DNA of 64,000 nt from Squalus acanthias (GCA_030390025.1 JASTWF010000357.1:186001-250000), one strand, 5' to 3'; positions 12,641 to 26,547 are shown, numbered from the stretch's first letter. Made by a program: numbers and translations. Notes: generated by a model not told the origin, from the sequence alone.

Positions 12641-14360
12641 ATGTTCAACAGAAACACAAGGACACACTCCGGGTACAAACTGAAACACTGAGAGTGAACA
12701 CTAAGGAGAAGGTTAAGATTTTCCAGCTGGTTGATCGATACGCTGAGCTAACGGTCATTTCTACTGTTCGAGATCGAACACTTGTAGAACATGAACTGCT
12801 GGCAAGAGGCCGAGACCATGAAGAGTGGAGAGAGAAACATCTCTGGACAGAACTGGAGAAAATCCGAACTGATCAATTGTTCCAGAGCAGTTTTTCTCCG
12901 AGAAAATCCAATTTTGGGAGTTCAGCAGCAGTCCCGGGGATTGGAAAAACAACAATGGTACAAAAGATTGTTCATGACTGGGCCACTGGGAAAATATACC
13001 CACACTTTCAATTTGTTTTCAGTTTTAAATTCCGGGATTTGAACGCTATTAACTGTAGAATAAACCTGAGGAATCTGATACTGGATCTGTATCCTTACTT
13101 TGGGAATATTCTGGGAGAGCTCTGGAAGAACCCAGAGGGATTGCTGTTTATATTCGATGGTTTGGATGAATTCAAGGACAAGATCGATTTTGCTGACAAT
13201 CGGAGAAATACAGAACCTCAGCACATGTGCACAGATCCCGAAGACTGGTGTGAAGTGTCTGACATTGTGTACAGTTTAATACAGCACAAGCTGCTCCCAG
13301 GATGTTCAGTGCTAGTGACCAGCCGCCCCACTGCATTACATTTATTGGAAAAGGCTGAGATCAGTGTCTGGGCTGAAATCCTGGGATTTGTTGGTGAGGA
13401 ACGGAAGGAATATTTCAACAAGTTTTTTGAAGATCAGACGGTCGCAGCAGCTGTATTCAAACACGTGGAAGAGAACGAGATTCTGTACACCATGTGCTAC
13501 AACCCTTCCTACTGCTGGATCCTCGGTCTGGCACTGGGCCCCTTCTTTACACAAAGAGACAGGAATCAGCAGCGAGTTCCCAAGACCATCACCCAACTAT
13601 ATTCCTACTATATCTACAACATTCTGAAAAACCATGGCCGAGAGATTGAAAGCCCCCGTGATGTGTTAATGAAGCTTGGTGAGATGGCCTTCACGGGAGT
13701 CTCCGAGAAGAAAATTCTGTTTAGAAATGGAGATTTGATCAAGTACAATCTGCAACCTTCCCAGTTCCTGTCTGGGTTCATGATGGAACTTTTGGAGAGA
13801 GATGCTTCAGCCCAGAGCGTGGTGTACACATTCCCGCACCTCACCATCCAAGAGTTTGTAGCCGCACTCGCTCAATTCCTGACTCCAGATCCCGGGGACA
13901 TCCTGAAACTCCTCAGAGAAGCCCACAGCAAGGAAGATGGGCGAATTGAGATATTTCTCCGTTTTGTTGCTGGTCTCTCCTCCCCACAGGCAGCTCGGCC
14001 CCTGGAGGAGTTTCTGGGTAAATTTCTTCATCAAACCACCTGCCGAGTGATTGACTGGGTGAAGGAGAAGGTTGAAGGACAGATTGGAAACACAGGGAGT
14101 GTAACTGGGAAAAGGAACCTCCTGAACACATTCCACTACCTGTTTGAGTCTCAGAATAAAGCACTGGCTCGGAAAACAGTGGGATCTGTGGAATCACTTA
14201 CATTTAGTGGATTGACATTGATCCCGATTGATTGTGCGGTCCTGTCTCACGTCATTGGACTCTGTGATACAATAAAAGAACTCGATCTAGGAGAATGCTC
14301 CATTCAGTGTGAAGGACTCCAGCGGCTGGGACCCGTACTGCACAAATGCCGGGAGTTGAG
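12641..14360 (+). CDS. NLR NACHT exon (NACHT, winged helix, HD2, first LRR)
   Basis: gaag|ATGTT...TTGAG|gtaact; PGIGKTT (Walker A), LFIFDGLDE (Walker B), VLVTSRP (sensor 1), YTFPHLTIQEFVAA; phase 1-2. Confidence 0.96.
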
Positions 14361-15249
14361 GTAACTGTTTATTTGTCTCTAACTGTTGGGTGAATTGTAG
14401 AACAGTCACGGATTGTGTTGTTGCTCCGTAATGTAGGATAACAAACAGTTCAGTTAAACCAGAGGGAAGCAGATTCAACACCAATATGACCAATAATAAG
14501 AGGATCGGACAGTAATTCCCTAAGGACTGGAGAATCTAAAATGGATCCTTGTGAACAAGTAGGGATTTTACAGTCTTTATCGGATCAGCAAATACAGGTC
14601 ACTGAGAGTCTGATAATTGAATTACAATAAATCATATTTAATAAGGGTGGACAGCGGAATGTAAACATAAAATATAATCCGGCAGTAAAGATAAAATTAA
14701 TTTAAAATGTTTTCCACATCCAACATTTCAACTGGGAACAGGAGAGAAACCCGAGTTTAAATCACTAACAGTTCGATATTTACTCCAAAACCGTGCAGGG
14801 TGTGTCCTGTCGAGGGGGTAGTTTCCTGGATTGGGAATATTGGGGAATCGGGAATTCTTTCAGCTGTTAATGTTTACAATTATTCACAGTCCTGAACATT
14901 GAGTAAAGATTGATATTCAGGATCTTAAACCTGCCGGTGAAAAGGTTCCAATCTAACCGGAGTACAGACACACACCGGCCAGCGGTGGGGCCTCACACAC
15001 AGCGGGCGGCTCCTGGGTAAACCGGGGGCAGTGAACCCGGGAATTCCCCATAATCCGCCCCCTGTGTGTGAGGCCCCGCTCGGGGAGGGAACTTCAGAAA
15101 ATTCCCCAATACCTGTCGGGCCAGTTACACCTGAAATAAATGTAGAGCCAGTTTAATGGGAATAAAGTGAGAGACTCCCCTCCCCTATAAACTAGGAGCA
15201 CAGGGACATTTAAAACTTGTAACGGGACAGAATAAATTCTATTGCTGCT

Positions 15250-16530
15250 ATTGACAAACATTCACTTTAAGCCCTCTGACTCCCACAACTACCTGGAATA
15301 CACTTCCTCCCACCTCGCTTCCTGTAAGGACACTGGTCCATTCTCCCAGTGTTTCTGACGATGCCACGTTCCATACTAGTGCTTCCGACATGTCTTCCTT
15401 GTTCCTCAACCGAGGATTCCCCTCTACCGTGGTGACACGGCTCTTGACCGTGTCCGTTCTATTTCCCGCACTTCTGCTCTCACCCCTTCCCCTCCCACCC
15501 GGAACCACGATAGGTTCCCCCTTGTCCTCACCTTTCACCCCACCAGACTTCACATTCAACAGATCATCCTCCGCCATTTCCGCCACCTCCAGCGTGATCC
15601 CACCACCAAACACACCTTCCCCTCCCCTCCCCTTTCAGCATTCTGAAGGGCCCGCTCCCTGCACGACACCCTGGTCCACTCCTCAATCACCCCCAACACC
15701 CCTTCCCCTTCGCCTGGCACCTTCCCGTGCAAGCGCATGAGATGCTTCTCCTGCCCTTTTACCTCTGCCCTTCCCACTGTCCAGGGCCTCAAACATTCCT
15801 TCCAGGTGAAACAGCAATTTCCTTGTACTTCTTGCAATTCAGTATACTGTATTCGCTGCTCACGATGTGGTCTCCTCTACATTGGGGAGACCAAACGCAG
15901 ATTGGGTGACCGCTTTGCGGAACACCTCCGCTCAGTCCGTAAGGGTGACCCCGAGCTTCTGGTCGCCTATCGCTTTAATTCTCTGCTCCACTCCCATTCT
16001 GATCTCTCCATTCTCGGCCTCTTACACTCTTCCAACAAAGTATAACATAAGATCGAGGAACAGACCTCATCTTTCAATTAGGCACTTTATAGCCTTCTGG
16101 ACTCAACATCGAGTTCAACAATTTCAGACTATAAACTCTATATAAACAATATTTCATTATTGTTTTTCCTTTTCCCTTTTTTTCTCTCGCATGACAGCTG
16201 TTGATGATTCTGCCATTGCCATTCACACCACATCTAGATTTATGTTTTGATTTTTAACTTGTCCCATTACCAGCTCCCTTTGCTTGCACCATCATCCCTT
16301 TTGTCTTTTAAACTCTCCTGTCTTCCACCCAATCACAGACCTTCACTTTTGTTCTTTCCTCCGCTCCCCCCACCTTTCCCGGCCCCGACACTGGTTTAAA
16401 AATCTGTTACATCTGTAACTTTTTCCAGTTCTGACCAAGGGTCCTCGACCTGAAACATTAACTCTGTTTCTCTCTCTATAGATGCTGCCTGACCTGCTGG
16501 GGATTTCCAGCATTTTCTGTTTTTATTTCA
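15250..16530 (+). mobile_element. Penelope-like element, 5'-truncated (GIY-YIG endonuclease + pLTR)
   Basis: VYCIRCSRCGLLYIGETKRRLGDRFAEH; terminal pLTR with degenerate hammerhead at 16427-16463. Confidence 0.9.
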
Positions 16531-17699
16531 GCATAAATTCTCCGTGTTATATAAAATCCTGGGGGACTGATTTTACAGCAGCAGTTAGCGTTTCACAATA
16601 TAACTCACCCCGAGATATTATACAGATTAATATAATGCACAGAGTATAAAGTACAGGGAATCACCGCTTTATCATTTAATTCTGGGAAAATCGCCCCATT
16701 CCCATAAAATCCGGGATTTAAGGAACAGCAGAAATGAGACAAGTTTCTCTAAACATGACGAGGCCGGTCACTGACTCCAGGAGGGTAATTCTGATCATCA
16801 GGGAATGAGACCGGACTGAGGGACATTTAAAGGTTTCACACAGACAGCACTTTATTTAATAAATATATTTCCGGACAGACCCTGAATATATGGGCAGTTG
16901 GACAGAGTGAGATACATTCCCAGTGAGGGCGGAATTTCACAGGGGTCAGCGGGCGCGATCAGTGGCGGGTCGGGACCCCGCTGTCAACCCGCCGCCACGC
17001 GCCTTTCCCAAATGTCAGATCTGTCAGCGCTCAGCAGACCCGACACGTAGCAGCGGAGGAGGCAATTCAGGTCATTATGACCTAGTTAACAAAATATTAA
17101 CAAATATTTTCAGCTCACCTTCAGAGCTTACCAGGTCGCCCACGTGGTCCACGCTGCTCGGGGATCACATCAGGTAAGCAGGGCGGGAGTTGAATGTCCA
17201 TGGAATCATTTCATTATTTGACAGCTGGAAATGTGCTATAAACGCTCCCATCTCACAGCTGTGCAATTTCCAAGCACAGAAGCTGTTGCTTACTACATTT
17301 GGAAGACAGATTGAGGTTTATGCAGGTTGCAAGTGTTTGGAGCAAACTCTCTATCCAGTGTTACCTCATTGGAACAATCTCTCTCATCATTGACAGATCA
17401 CTTCTGTCATCTCAAGTTCACCTGCCATCTATTACATCAGCATGGGTATGGTTTATACTGTCTCACCTTGGGCCTCAGATTCCTACCACCAACAGCCCCA
17501 ACACCTGGAGCACCAGGAGCACCAGGCACACCAGCAGCACCAACAACACAACCAACCTGTTCCGCAACCATTCCTGTCACACTCATCAGCATTGCGGGGA
17601 GATCCGTTATGTCTCACCATTCACTGCAACTCACTAAGTCACTTTCAAAGGTGCACACAACTCTGCCATCATCAAACCCACTTTCGCCAATTCTCCAGA

Positions 17700-18262
17700 G
17701 CGAGGTCGCGACCTGCTCCCGACCCGACACCGACCTCGGCCGAACCCGACCCCGGCCGCACCCGACCCCGGCCGCACCCGACCCCGACCCCGGCCCCACC
17801 CGACCCGACCCCGGCTGCACCCGACCCGCCCCCGACCCCGGACCCACCCGACCTGCCACCGACCCCAATCCCACTCGACGCGCCACCGACCCCGGCCGCA
17901 CCGGACACGGGCCCACTCGACCCGGCCCCACCGGCGCACCCGACCCGAACCGCCACTGACGCCGACCCCACCTGACCAACCCCCGGTCCCACCCAACTGG
18001 CCCCCGACCACAGCCCCAGTCGACCCGGCCCCACACGAATCGCCACCGACCCCGGTCGCACCCGGCCCGCCACCGACACCTGCTCCACCCGCTACACGAC
18101 CCGGCCCCGGCCCCGTCCCCACCCGGCCCCGACACTGGACCCTCCCGAACCTGCCGCACCCGACCCGACCCCGATCCGGAACCCACCCGACCCACCACCG
18201 ACCCCGTCCCCACCCGACCCCCGACCCGGCCGCACCCGACCCGACCCAGGCCCCACCCGTCC
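17700..18262. repeat. C-rich (ccgacc/ccggcccca) low-complexity repeat, part 1
   Basis: Degenerate ccgacc/cccca units with strong C skew. Confidence 0.9.
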
Positions 18263-18264
18263 CT

Positions 18265-21200
18265 TAAGATGGAGAGTGAAGTAGTTGACTCAGAGACTTG
18301 GGTCTCAATTTAAATAAAGGAAACTGCGATGGTATGAGGCGCGAGTTGGCTCGGATTGATTGGGGAGCGTTACTTAAAGGGTTGACGGTGGATAGGCAAT
18401 GGCAAACATTTAAAGATCGCATGGATGAACTACAGAATTTGTTCAGCCCTCTTTGGCATAAAAATAAAACAAAAAAGAGACTCAACCGTTGCTAACAACG
18501 GAAATTAGGGATAGCATAAGATCCAAGGAGAGGACATATATATTGGCTAGAAAAAGCAGCTAACCTGAGGATTGGGAGCAGTTTAGGATTCAGCAAAGGA
18601 GGAGAAAGGGATTAATTAAGAAGGGGAAAATAGAATATGAGAGTAAGATTGCTGGGAACATAAAAACTGACTGTAAAAGCTTCAATAGATATGTGAAGAG
18701 AAAAAGATTGCTGAAGTCAAGCGTAGTTCCCTTTCAGTCAGAATCAGGGGAATTTATAATGGGGAACAAAGAAATGGCAGACCAATTAAATACATATTTT
18801 GGTTCTGTCATAGAAACATAGAAGATAGGAGCAGGAGTAGGCCATTCGGCCCCTCGAGCCTGCTCCGCCATTCGATGAGATCATGGCTGATCATCTAAAC
18901 TGAATACCCTGTACCTGCCTTCTCCCCATATCCCTTGATACCTTTAGCTTTAAGAAATATATCGAACTCATCCTTGAATATATTTAATGACTTCGCCTCA
19001 ACTACCTTCTGTGGTAGAGAATTCCACAGGTTCACCACTCTCTGGTTGAAGAAATTCTTCCTCATTTCTGTCCTAAATGGTTTACCCGTTATCCGTAGAT
19101 TATGACCCCTGGTTCTGGACTCTCCGACCATCGGGAACATTCTTCCTGCATCCAGTTTGTCCAGACCTGTCAGAATTTTATATGTTTCGATGAGATCCCC
19201 TCTCATTCTTCTATACTCCAGTGAGTATAAGCCCAATCGACCCAATCTCTCCTCATATGTCATTCCTGCCATCCCAGGTATCAACCTTGTGAATCTTCGC
19301 TGAACTCCTTCCATGGCAAGAACATCCTTCCTCAGATAAGGCGACCAAAACTGCACACAGTACTCAAGGTGTGGTCTCACCAAGGCCCTGCACAACTGCA
19401 GCAGGACATCCCTGTTCCTATACTCAAACCCTTTCGCTATGAAGGCCAACATACCATTTGCCGCCTTCACCGCCTGCTGCACCTGCATGCATGCTTTCAG
19501 CGACTGGTGCACAAGGACACCCAGGTCTCGTTGCACTTCCCCTTCTCCCAATCTATTGCCATTCAGATAATAGTCTGCCTTTCTGTTTTTGACACCAAAG
19601 TGGATAACCTCGCACTTATCCACGTTATATTGCATCTGCCACGCTTCTGCCCACTCACCCAACCTGTCCAGATCATCCTGGAGTTTCTCGCTATCCTCCT
19701 CGCTGCACACACTCCCACCCAGCTTTGTGTCATCTGCAAACTTGGAGATATTACATTTAATTCCCTTATCTAGATCATTAATGTATATTGTGAATAGCTG
19801 GGGTCCAAGGACCGATCCCTGCAGTACCCCACCAGTCACTGCTTGCCACTCGGAAAAAGACCCATTAATTCCTACTCTCTGCTTTCTGTCCGCCAACCAG
19901 TTCTCTATCCAAGTCAATACCTTGCCCCCAATCCCATGTGCCTTAACTTTACCCGCTAATCTCTTATGCGGGACCTTATCGAAAGCCTTTTGAAAGTCCA
20001 AATACACCACATCTACTGGTTCTCCCTTATCTATATTCCCAGTTACATCCTCAAAAAATTCCAGTAGATTAGTCAAGCACGATTTACCTTTTGTAAATCC
20101 ATGTTGACTTTGTCCGATCCTGTCACTGTTTTTCAAATGCTCAGCTATTACATCCTTTATAATGGACGCTAGCATTTTCCCCACTACCGATGTCAGGCTT
20201 ACCGGTCTGTAATTCCCCGCTTTCTCTCTACCACCCTTTTTGAATAGTGGGGTAACATTAGCTACCCTCCAATCCATGGGTACAGTTCCAGATTCCATCG
20301 AATGTTGGAAGATGATCAGCAATGCATCTACTATTTCTAGGGCCACTTCCTTAAGTACCCTAGGATGTAGATTATCAGGCCCTGGGGATTTATCGGCCTT
20401 CAATACCGTCAATTTCCCTAACACCATTTCCCTGCAAATACTGATTTCTTTCAGTTCCTCCCTTTCATCAGACCGTATGTTCTCCAACATCTCTGGGAGG
20501 TTATTTGTGTCCCCCTTTGTGAAGACAGAACCAAAATATGCATTTAATTGGGCTGCCATTTCTTTGTTCCCCATTATAACTTCCCCGCTTCTGACTGCAA
20601 GCAGCTACACTTGATTTCACTAATCTTTTTCTCTTCACATATCTATAAAAGCTCTTACAGTCAGTTTTTATGTTCCCAGCAAGCTTACTTTCATATTCTA
20701 TTTTCCCCTTCTTAATTAATCCCTTTGTCCTCCTTTGTTGAATCCTAAACTGCTCCCAATCCTCAGGGCTACCGCCTTTTCTGGCCAATTTATATGCCCT
20801 CTCCTTGGATCTTATGCTATCCCTAATTTCCCTTGTTAGCCACGGTTGAGTCACCCTTTTTGTTTTATTCTTATGCCACACTGGGATGTACAAATTCTGT
20901 AGTTCATCCATGCAGTCTTTGAATGTTTGCCATTGCCTATCCACCGTCAACCCCTTGAGTGACATTCCCCAATCAATCCTACCCAATTCGCGCCTCATAC
21001 TATCGTAGTTTCCTTTATTTAAATTCAGGACCCTAGTCTCTGATTCAACTACTTCACTCTCCATCCTTCACAATGAGGACAGAAATAACCTCCCAGAGAT
21101 GTCGGGGAACATCGGGTCTAATGAGAGGGAGGAACTGAATGAAATCATTATTTGTAGGGAAATGGTGTTAGGGAAATTCACGGGATTGAAGGCCGATAAA

Positions 21201-22770
21201 TCCCCAGGGCCTGATAATCTACATCCTAAGGTACTTAAGGAAGTGGCCCTAGAAATATTAGATGCATTGCTGGTTATCTTTCAAAATTCTATAGACTCTG
21301 GAACTGTTCCCATGGATTGGAGGGTAGCTAATGTCAACCCACTATTTAAAAAAGGTGGTAGAGAACAAACGGGGAATTATAGACCTGATATAGGTAGTGG
21401 GGAAAAAGCTACAGTCCATTATAAAAGATGTAATAGCAGAACACTTGGAAAACAGTGACAGGATCGGACAAAGTCAACATGGATTTACAAAAGGGAAATC
21501 ATGCCTGACTAATCTACTGGAATTTTTTGAGGATGTAACTAGTTGAATAGATAAGGGAGAAACAGTGGATGTGGTGTATTTGGACTTTCAGAAGGCTTTC
21601 GATAAGGTCCCGCATAGGAGATTAGCGTGCAAAGTTAAAGCACATGGGATTGGGGGTAAGGTACTGATTTGGATAGAGAACTGGTTGGCAGACAGGAAGC
21701 AAAGAGTTGGAATAAACGGATCTTTTTCCAAGTGGCAGGCAGTGACTAGTGGGGTACCGCAGGGATCGGTACTAGGACCCCAGCTATTCACAATATATAT
21801 TAATGATCTAGACAAGGGAACTAGATGTCATATCTCCAAGTTTGCAGACGACACAAAGCTGGGTGGGCGTGTGTGCTGTGAGGAGGATGCAGAGAAACTC
21901 CAGTATGATTTGGACAGGTTGGGTGAGTGGGCTGAAGCGTGGCAGTTGCAGTATAATGTGGATAAATGCGAGGTTATCCACTTTGGTGGCAAAAACAGGA
22001 AGACAGATTATTATCTGAATGGCAATAGATTGGGAAAAGGGGAAGTGCAACGAGACCTGGGAGTCCTTGTGCACCAGTCGCTGAAGGTAAGCATTGCAGG
22101 TGCAGCAGGCGGTTAAGAAGTCAAATTGTATGTTGGCCTTCATAGCGAGAGGATTCGAATACAGGAACAAGGATGTCTTGCTGCAGTTGTACAGGGCCTT
22201 GGTGAGACCACACATTGAGTATTGTGTGCAGTTTTGGTCGCCTTATCTGAGGAAGGATGTTCTTGTCATGGAGGGAGTGCAGCGAAGATTCACCAGGCTG
22301 ATACCTGGGATGGCTGGAATGACGTATGAGGAGAGATTGGGTCAATTAGGCTTATATTCGCTAGAGTTTCGAAGAATGAGAGGGGATGTCATTGAAACTT
22401 ATAACATTCGAACAGAACTAGACAGACTAGATGCAGGAAGGATGTTCCCGATGGCGGGGGAGTCCAGAACCAGAGGTCACAGTCTAAGGATAAGGGGTAA
22501 TCCGTTTAGGACTGAGATGAGGAGGAATTTCTTCACCCAGAGAGTGGTGAACCTGTGGAATTCTCTACCACAGAAGGCAGTTGAGGCCAATTCATTAAAT
22601 ATATTCAAGATGGAGATAAATATATTTCTTATTGCTGAAGGGATCAAGGGATATGGGGAGAAAGCAGGGACAGGGTACTGAATTTGGATGATCAGCCATG
22701 ATCTCATCGAATGGCGGAGCAGGCTCGAGGGGCCGAATGGCCTACTCCTGCTCCTATCTTCTATTCTTCC
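18265..22770 (+). mobile_element. CR1 LINE (host copy), split into 18265-18809 and 21067-22770
   Basis: ggttctgtc|ttcaca continuity across the insertion; RT motifs VYLDFQKAFDKV, QGSVLGP, FADD; frameshifts and stops; CR1 tail. Confidence 0.92.
18810..21066 (-). mobile_element. CR1 LINE inserted in opposite orientation within a CR1 (559-aa RT ORF)
   Basis: ORF 18895-20574 with full RT motifs; tail at 18810-18890; one frameshift near 20590. Confidence 0.95.
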
Positions 22771-22774
22771 ATGA

Positions 22775-25700
22775 ACCGACCCCAGCCCCACCCGAAACAC
22801 AGCTCGACCCGCCCCCGTCCCCAACCGCCAGCGACCCCGGCCGCCTCCGACCCCAAACTCACATGACCCGCCACCGACCCAGGCCCCACCCCGGCCCAAA
22901 CCTACCTGCCCCCGGCCACACCCGACCCGACCCCGGCCCCACGCGACCATCCCCCGACCCGCCACCGACCCCGGCCCCACCCGACCCGGTACCGACCTCA
23001 CCCGACCCGCCCCCGTCCACCCGACCATCCACCGACCCGACCCGACCATCCACCGACCCCGGCCCCACCCGACCATCCACCGACCCGACCCGACCATCCA
23101 CCGACCCGACCCGACCATCCACCGACCCGACCCGACCATCCACCGACCCCGACCATCCACCGGCCCCACCCGACCATCCACCGACCCCGGCCCCACCCGA
23201 CCATCCACCGGCCCCACCCGACCATCCACCAGCCCCGACCCCACCCGACCATCCACCGACCCCGGCCCCACCCGACCATCCACCGACCCCGGTCCCACCC
23301 GACCATCCACCGGCCCCGACCATCCACCGACCCCGGCCCCACCCGACCATCCACCGACCTTGGCCCCACCCGACCCACCACCGACCCCGGCCCCACCCGA
23401 CCATCCGCCGACCCCACCCGACCATCCACCGACCCCGGCCCCACCCGACCATCCACCGACCCCGGCCCCACCCGATCATCCACCGACCCCGGCCCCACCC
23501 GATCATCCACCGACCCCGGCCCCACCCGACCATCCACCGACCCCACCCGACCCCGGTCCCACCCGACCAGCCACCGACCCCGGCGCCACCCGACCGACCA
23601 CCGACCCCGGCCCCACCCGACCATCCACCAACCCCGGCCCCACCCGACCATCCCCCGACACCGACCCCACCCGAGCATCCACCGACCCCACCCAACCATC
23701 CACCGACCCCGGCCCCACCCGACCATCCACCGACCTTGGCCCCACCCGACCATCCACCGAACCCGGCCCCACCCGACCATCCTCCGAACCCGGCCCCACC
23801 CGACCATCCTCCGACCCCGGCCCCACCCGACCGTCCACCGACCCCGGCCCCACCCGACCATCCTCCGACCCCGGCCCCACCCGACCATCCTCCGACCCCG
23901 GCCCCACCCGACCATCCACCGACCCCGGCCCCACCCGACCATCCCCCGACCCCGGCCGCACCCGACCCGACCCCGGCCCCACCTGATCATAGACCGACCC
24001 CACCAGACCATCCACCGACCCCGGCCCCACCCGACCATCCTCCGACCCCGGCCCCACCAGACCATCCACCGACCCCGGCCCCACCCGACCATCCACCGAC
24101 CCCGACCCCACCCGACCATCCACCGACCACGACCCCACCCGACCATCCACCGACCCCGACCCCACCCGACCATCCACCGACCCCGGCCCCACCCGACCAT
24201 CCCCCGACCCCACCCGACCATCCACCGACCCCGGCCCCACCGGACCATCCACCGACCCCACCCGAACATCCCCCGACCCCGGTCCCACCCGACCATCCAC
24301 CGACCCCGGCCCCACCGGACCATCCACCGACCCCACCCGAACATCCCCCGACCCCGGTCCCACCCGACCGTCCACCGACCCCGGCCCCACCCGACCATCC
24401 ACTGACCCCCGGCCCCACCCGACCAGCCCCCAACCCCGGCCCCACCCTACCATCCCCCGACACCGACCCCACCCGACCATCCACCGACCCCGGCCCCACC
24501 CGACCATCCACCGACCCCACCGGACCATCCAATCGACCCCGGCCCCACCCGACCATCCACCGACCCCGGCCACACCCGACCATCCATCGACCCCGGCCCC
24601 ACCCGACCATCCACCGACCCCGGCCACACCCGACCATCCACCGACCCCGACCCCACCCGACCATCCACCGACCCCGGCCACACCCGACCATCCACCGACC
24701 CCGACCCCACCCGACCATCCACCGACCCCGAGCCACACCCGCCATCCATCGACCCCGGCCCCACCCGACCCATCCACCGACCCCGGCCACACCCGACCAT
24801 CCATCGACCCCGGCCCCACCCGACCATCCACCGACCCCGGCCACACCCGACCATCCACCGACCCTGACCATCCACCGTCCCCGACCCCACCCAACCATCC
24901 CCGACCCGGCCACCGCCCTGACCATCCACCGTCCCCGACCCCACCCGACCCATCCCGACCCCCACCCGACCGCCCACCGACCCCGACTATCCACCGTCCC
25001 CGACCCCACCCCCCGACCATCCCCCCGCCGCCACCGACCCGACCATCCAACGACCCCGACCCACCCGACCATCCCCGACCCCCACCCGACCCGCCACCGA
25101 CCCTGACCATCCACCGTCCCCGACCCCACCCCGACCATCCCCGACCCCCACCCGACTCGCCACCGACCAGACCATCCACCGTCCCCGACCCCACACCCGA
25201 CCATCCCCCGACCCCACCCGACCCGCCACCGACCCCGACCATCCACCGTCCCCGACCCCACCCGACCATCCCCCGACCCCCACCCGACCCGCCACCGACC
25301 CCGACCATCCACCGACCCCGACCCCACCCGACCATCCCCCGACCCCCACCCGACCCGCCACCGACCCTGACCATCCACCGACCCCGACCCCACCCGACCA
25401 TCCCCCGACCCGCCACCGACCCTGACCATCCACCGTCCCCGACCCCACCCGACCATCCCCCGACCCCCACCCGACCCGCCACCGACCCTGACCATCCACC
25501 GACCCCGACCCCACCCGACCATCCCCCGACCCCCACCCAACCCGCCACCGACCCCGGCCCCACCCGACCATCCACCGACCCCGGCCCCACCCGACCCTCC
25601 CCGGCCCCACCCGACCCTCCCCGGCCCCACCCGACCCGACCCCGGCCCCACCCGACCCGACCGCGGCCCCACCCGACCCGACCGCGGCCCCACCCGACCA

Positions 25701-26170
25701 TCCCCCGGCCCCACCCGACCATCCCCCGGCCCCACCCGACCCGACCCCGGCCCCACCCGACCCGACCGCGGCCCCACCCGACCCGACCCCGGCCCCACCC
25801 GACCCGACCCCGGCCCCACCCGACCATCCCCCGGCCCCACCCGACCATCCCCCGGCCCCACCCGACCATCCCCCGGCCCCACCCGACCATCCCCCGGCCC
25901 CACCCGACCATCCCCCGACCCCGGCCCCACCCGACCATCCCCCGACCCCGGCCCCACCCGACCATCCCCCGACCCCGGCCCCCCCTGCCCCACACCGACC
26001 CCCCGACCACCACCGACCCCGGCCCCACCCGACCATCCCCCGACCCCCCCCCTGCCCCACACGACCCGACCCCGACCCGCCCCGACCACACCCACGGTTC
26101 CGGCCTGAACAGCCCCCGACCCCTGCACAGACCACACGCGACCCTCCTCCGAGCCCAGCCTCACCCGACC
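22775..26170. repeat. C-rich, CpG-rich low-complexity tandem repeat, part 2 (~3.4 kb)
   Basis: Units such as ccgaccatccaccgaccccggccccac; almost no T on the + strand. Confidence 0.95.
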
Positions 26171-26319
26171 CGCAACCGAACGGCCAGGGAGGAAATCGCA
26201 GGGGGAAACCGGGTTATTGATGTCCTGAAGCACTTTCAGTGATAGCTGCAATATCCGAGAGAGAGAAATATATCAGATCCGGGCTTTGATTCAGTTTGTT
26301 TCTCTCTCTTTGTGTTTAG

Positions 26320-26406
26320 ACTGAGCGGCAATAAACTGGGAGATTCAGGAGTGAAACTACTGTCTCCTGCTCTGAGAAACCCGGACTGTAAAATACAGAC
26401 ACTGGA
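26320..26406 (+). CDS. NLR LRR exon (87 bp)
   Basis: tttag|ACTGAGC...CTGGA|gtaagt; LSGNKLGDSGVKLLSPALRNPDCKIQTL; phase 2-2. Confidence 0.93.
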
Positions 26407-26547
26407 GTAAGTACCAGACTGTGTGAGATTGTGTTTATAATAACTGGATGTCTGACACTGAACATTATTATTAGTATCAGTAATAGTGTTATTAATAAAC
26501 TCTGGGGATTGACTCTGATTCCTGTTATTTCTCTCTCTGATCCCCAG

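Noticed and set aside
16927..17690. Possible Harbinger 5' end with transposase N-terminus (gggcggaattt start, His/Gln-rich ORF)
   Set aside because: No matching second TIR or catalytic motifs found
22477..26251. Pro-rich/Gly-rich ORFs up to 862 aa
   Set aside because: Artefacts of low-complexity sequence lacking stop codons; open in many frames
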